Positions 63,744 to 64,000 of a stretch of DNA of 64,000 bases are shown here, piece after piece. This stretch comes from Octopus bimaculoides (taxonomy: Eukaryota): positions 33,192,366 through 33,256,365 of the forward strand of contig NC_068992.1 in NCBI RefSeq assembly GCF_001194135.2. Direction: 5' to 3'. Under the pieces are notes generated by a model that worked only from the letters and a program-made list of their open reading frames with translations, was not told the origin of the DNA and made no database searches. Both the position numbers and the translations under genes were made by a program. Position 1 is the first letter of the stretch. Each line of letters begins with the position of its first letter.

Positions 63744-64000
63744 CTAGCAGAAATACCCGGCTTTGCCCGGGTTAAAGAGAATAATGAAATCTAAAAACGC
63801 CGTCTAGACTACGCAACCCTCAACTGTTAGTAGCTACGATACCATATTTCTACATTAATAACTCTCCAATCCATGCCAGCATGGAACATAAACATTAAGT
63901 GGAATGCCAGTCTCTCATCTGGGAAGGCCTTGAAACCAATGTTACCAACTGGGGACTATGTGTGTCGCAGTGATAATAAAAAGACTCAAAGGAGGTCTGC
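63744..64000 (-). mobile_element. Helitron 3' terminus (element runs rightwards; 5' end not located)
   Basis: The minus strand ends CCCGG-GCAAAG-CCGGG hairpin (63771-63756), 8 nt, CTAG (63747-63744), then T of a (TA)n tract. Confidence 0.75.

Overview
AT-rich eukaryotic DNA with seven N-gaps, dense microsatellites and no confidently identifiable host gene, rRNA, tRNA or CRISPR array. The SINE and LINE families and the microsatellite style look like an octopus (cephalopod) genome; this is pattern recognition, not a database hit. Almost all interpretable sequence is decayed mobile DNA from many superfamilies: four mariner copies (one near full length), a FLYWCH-MULE, two hAT remnants, two piggyBac-type TTAA elements, a Helitron 3' end, RTE, R4/Dong, Tx1 and probable Penelope retroelement fragments, at least three SINE families, and three large hairpin (foldback/MITE) elements. 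Nearly all listed ORFs are TE fragments, antisense shadows of TEs, microsatellite translations or N-gap read-throughs. The most notable items are a twin-priming-like inverted RTE insertion (62.2-63.2 kb), a 28-bp retroposon-tail micro-insertion that frameshifts the MULE, a mariner nested in a hAT transposase, a composite foldback with a perfect 38-bp palindrome, and an RFX X-box next to a possible first exon (55.05 kb). I found no well-supported novel multi-gene system. Candidate exons are weak, and TE boundaries without TIRs or TSDs are approximate.
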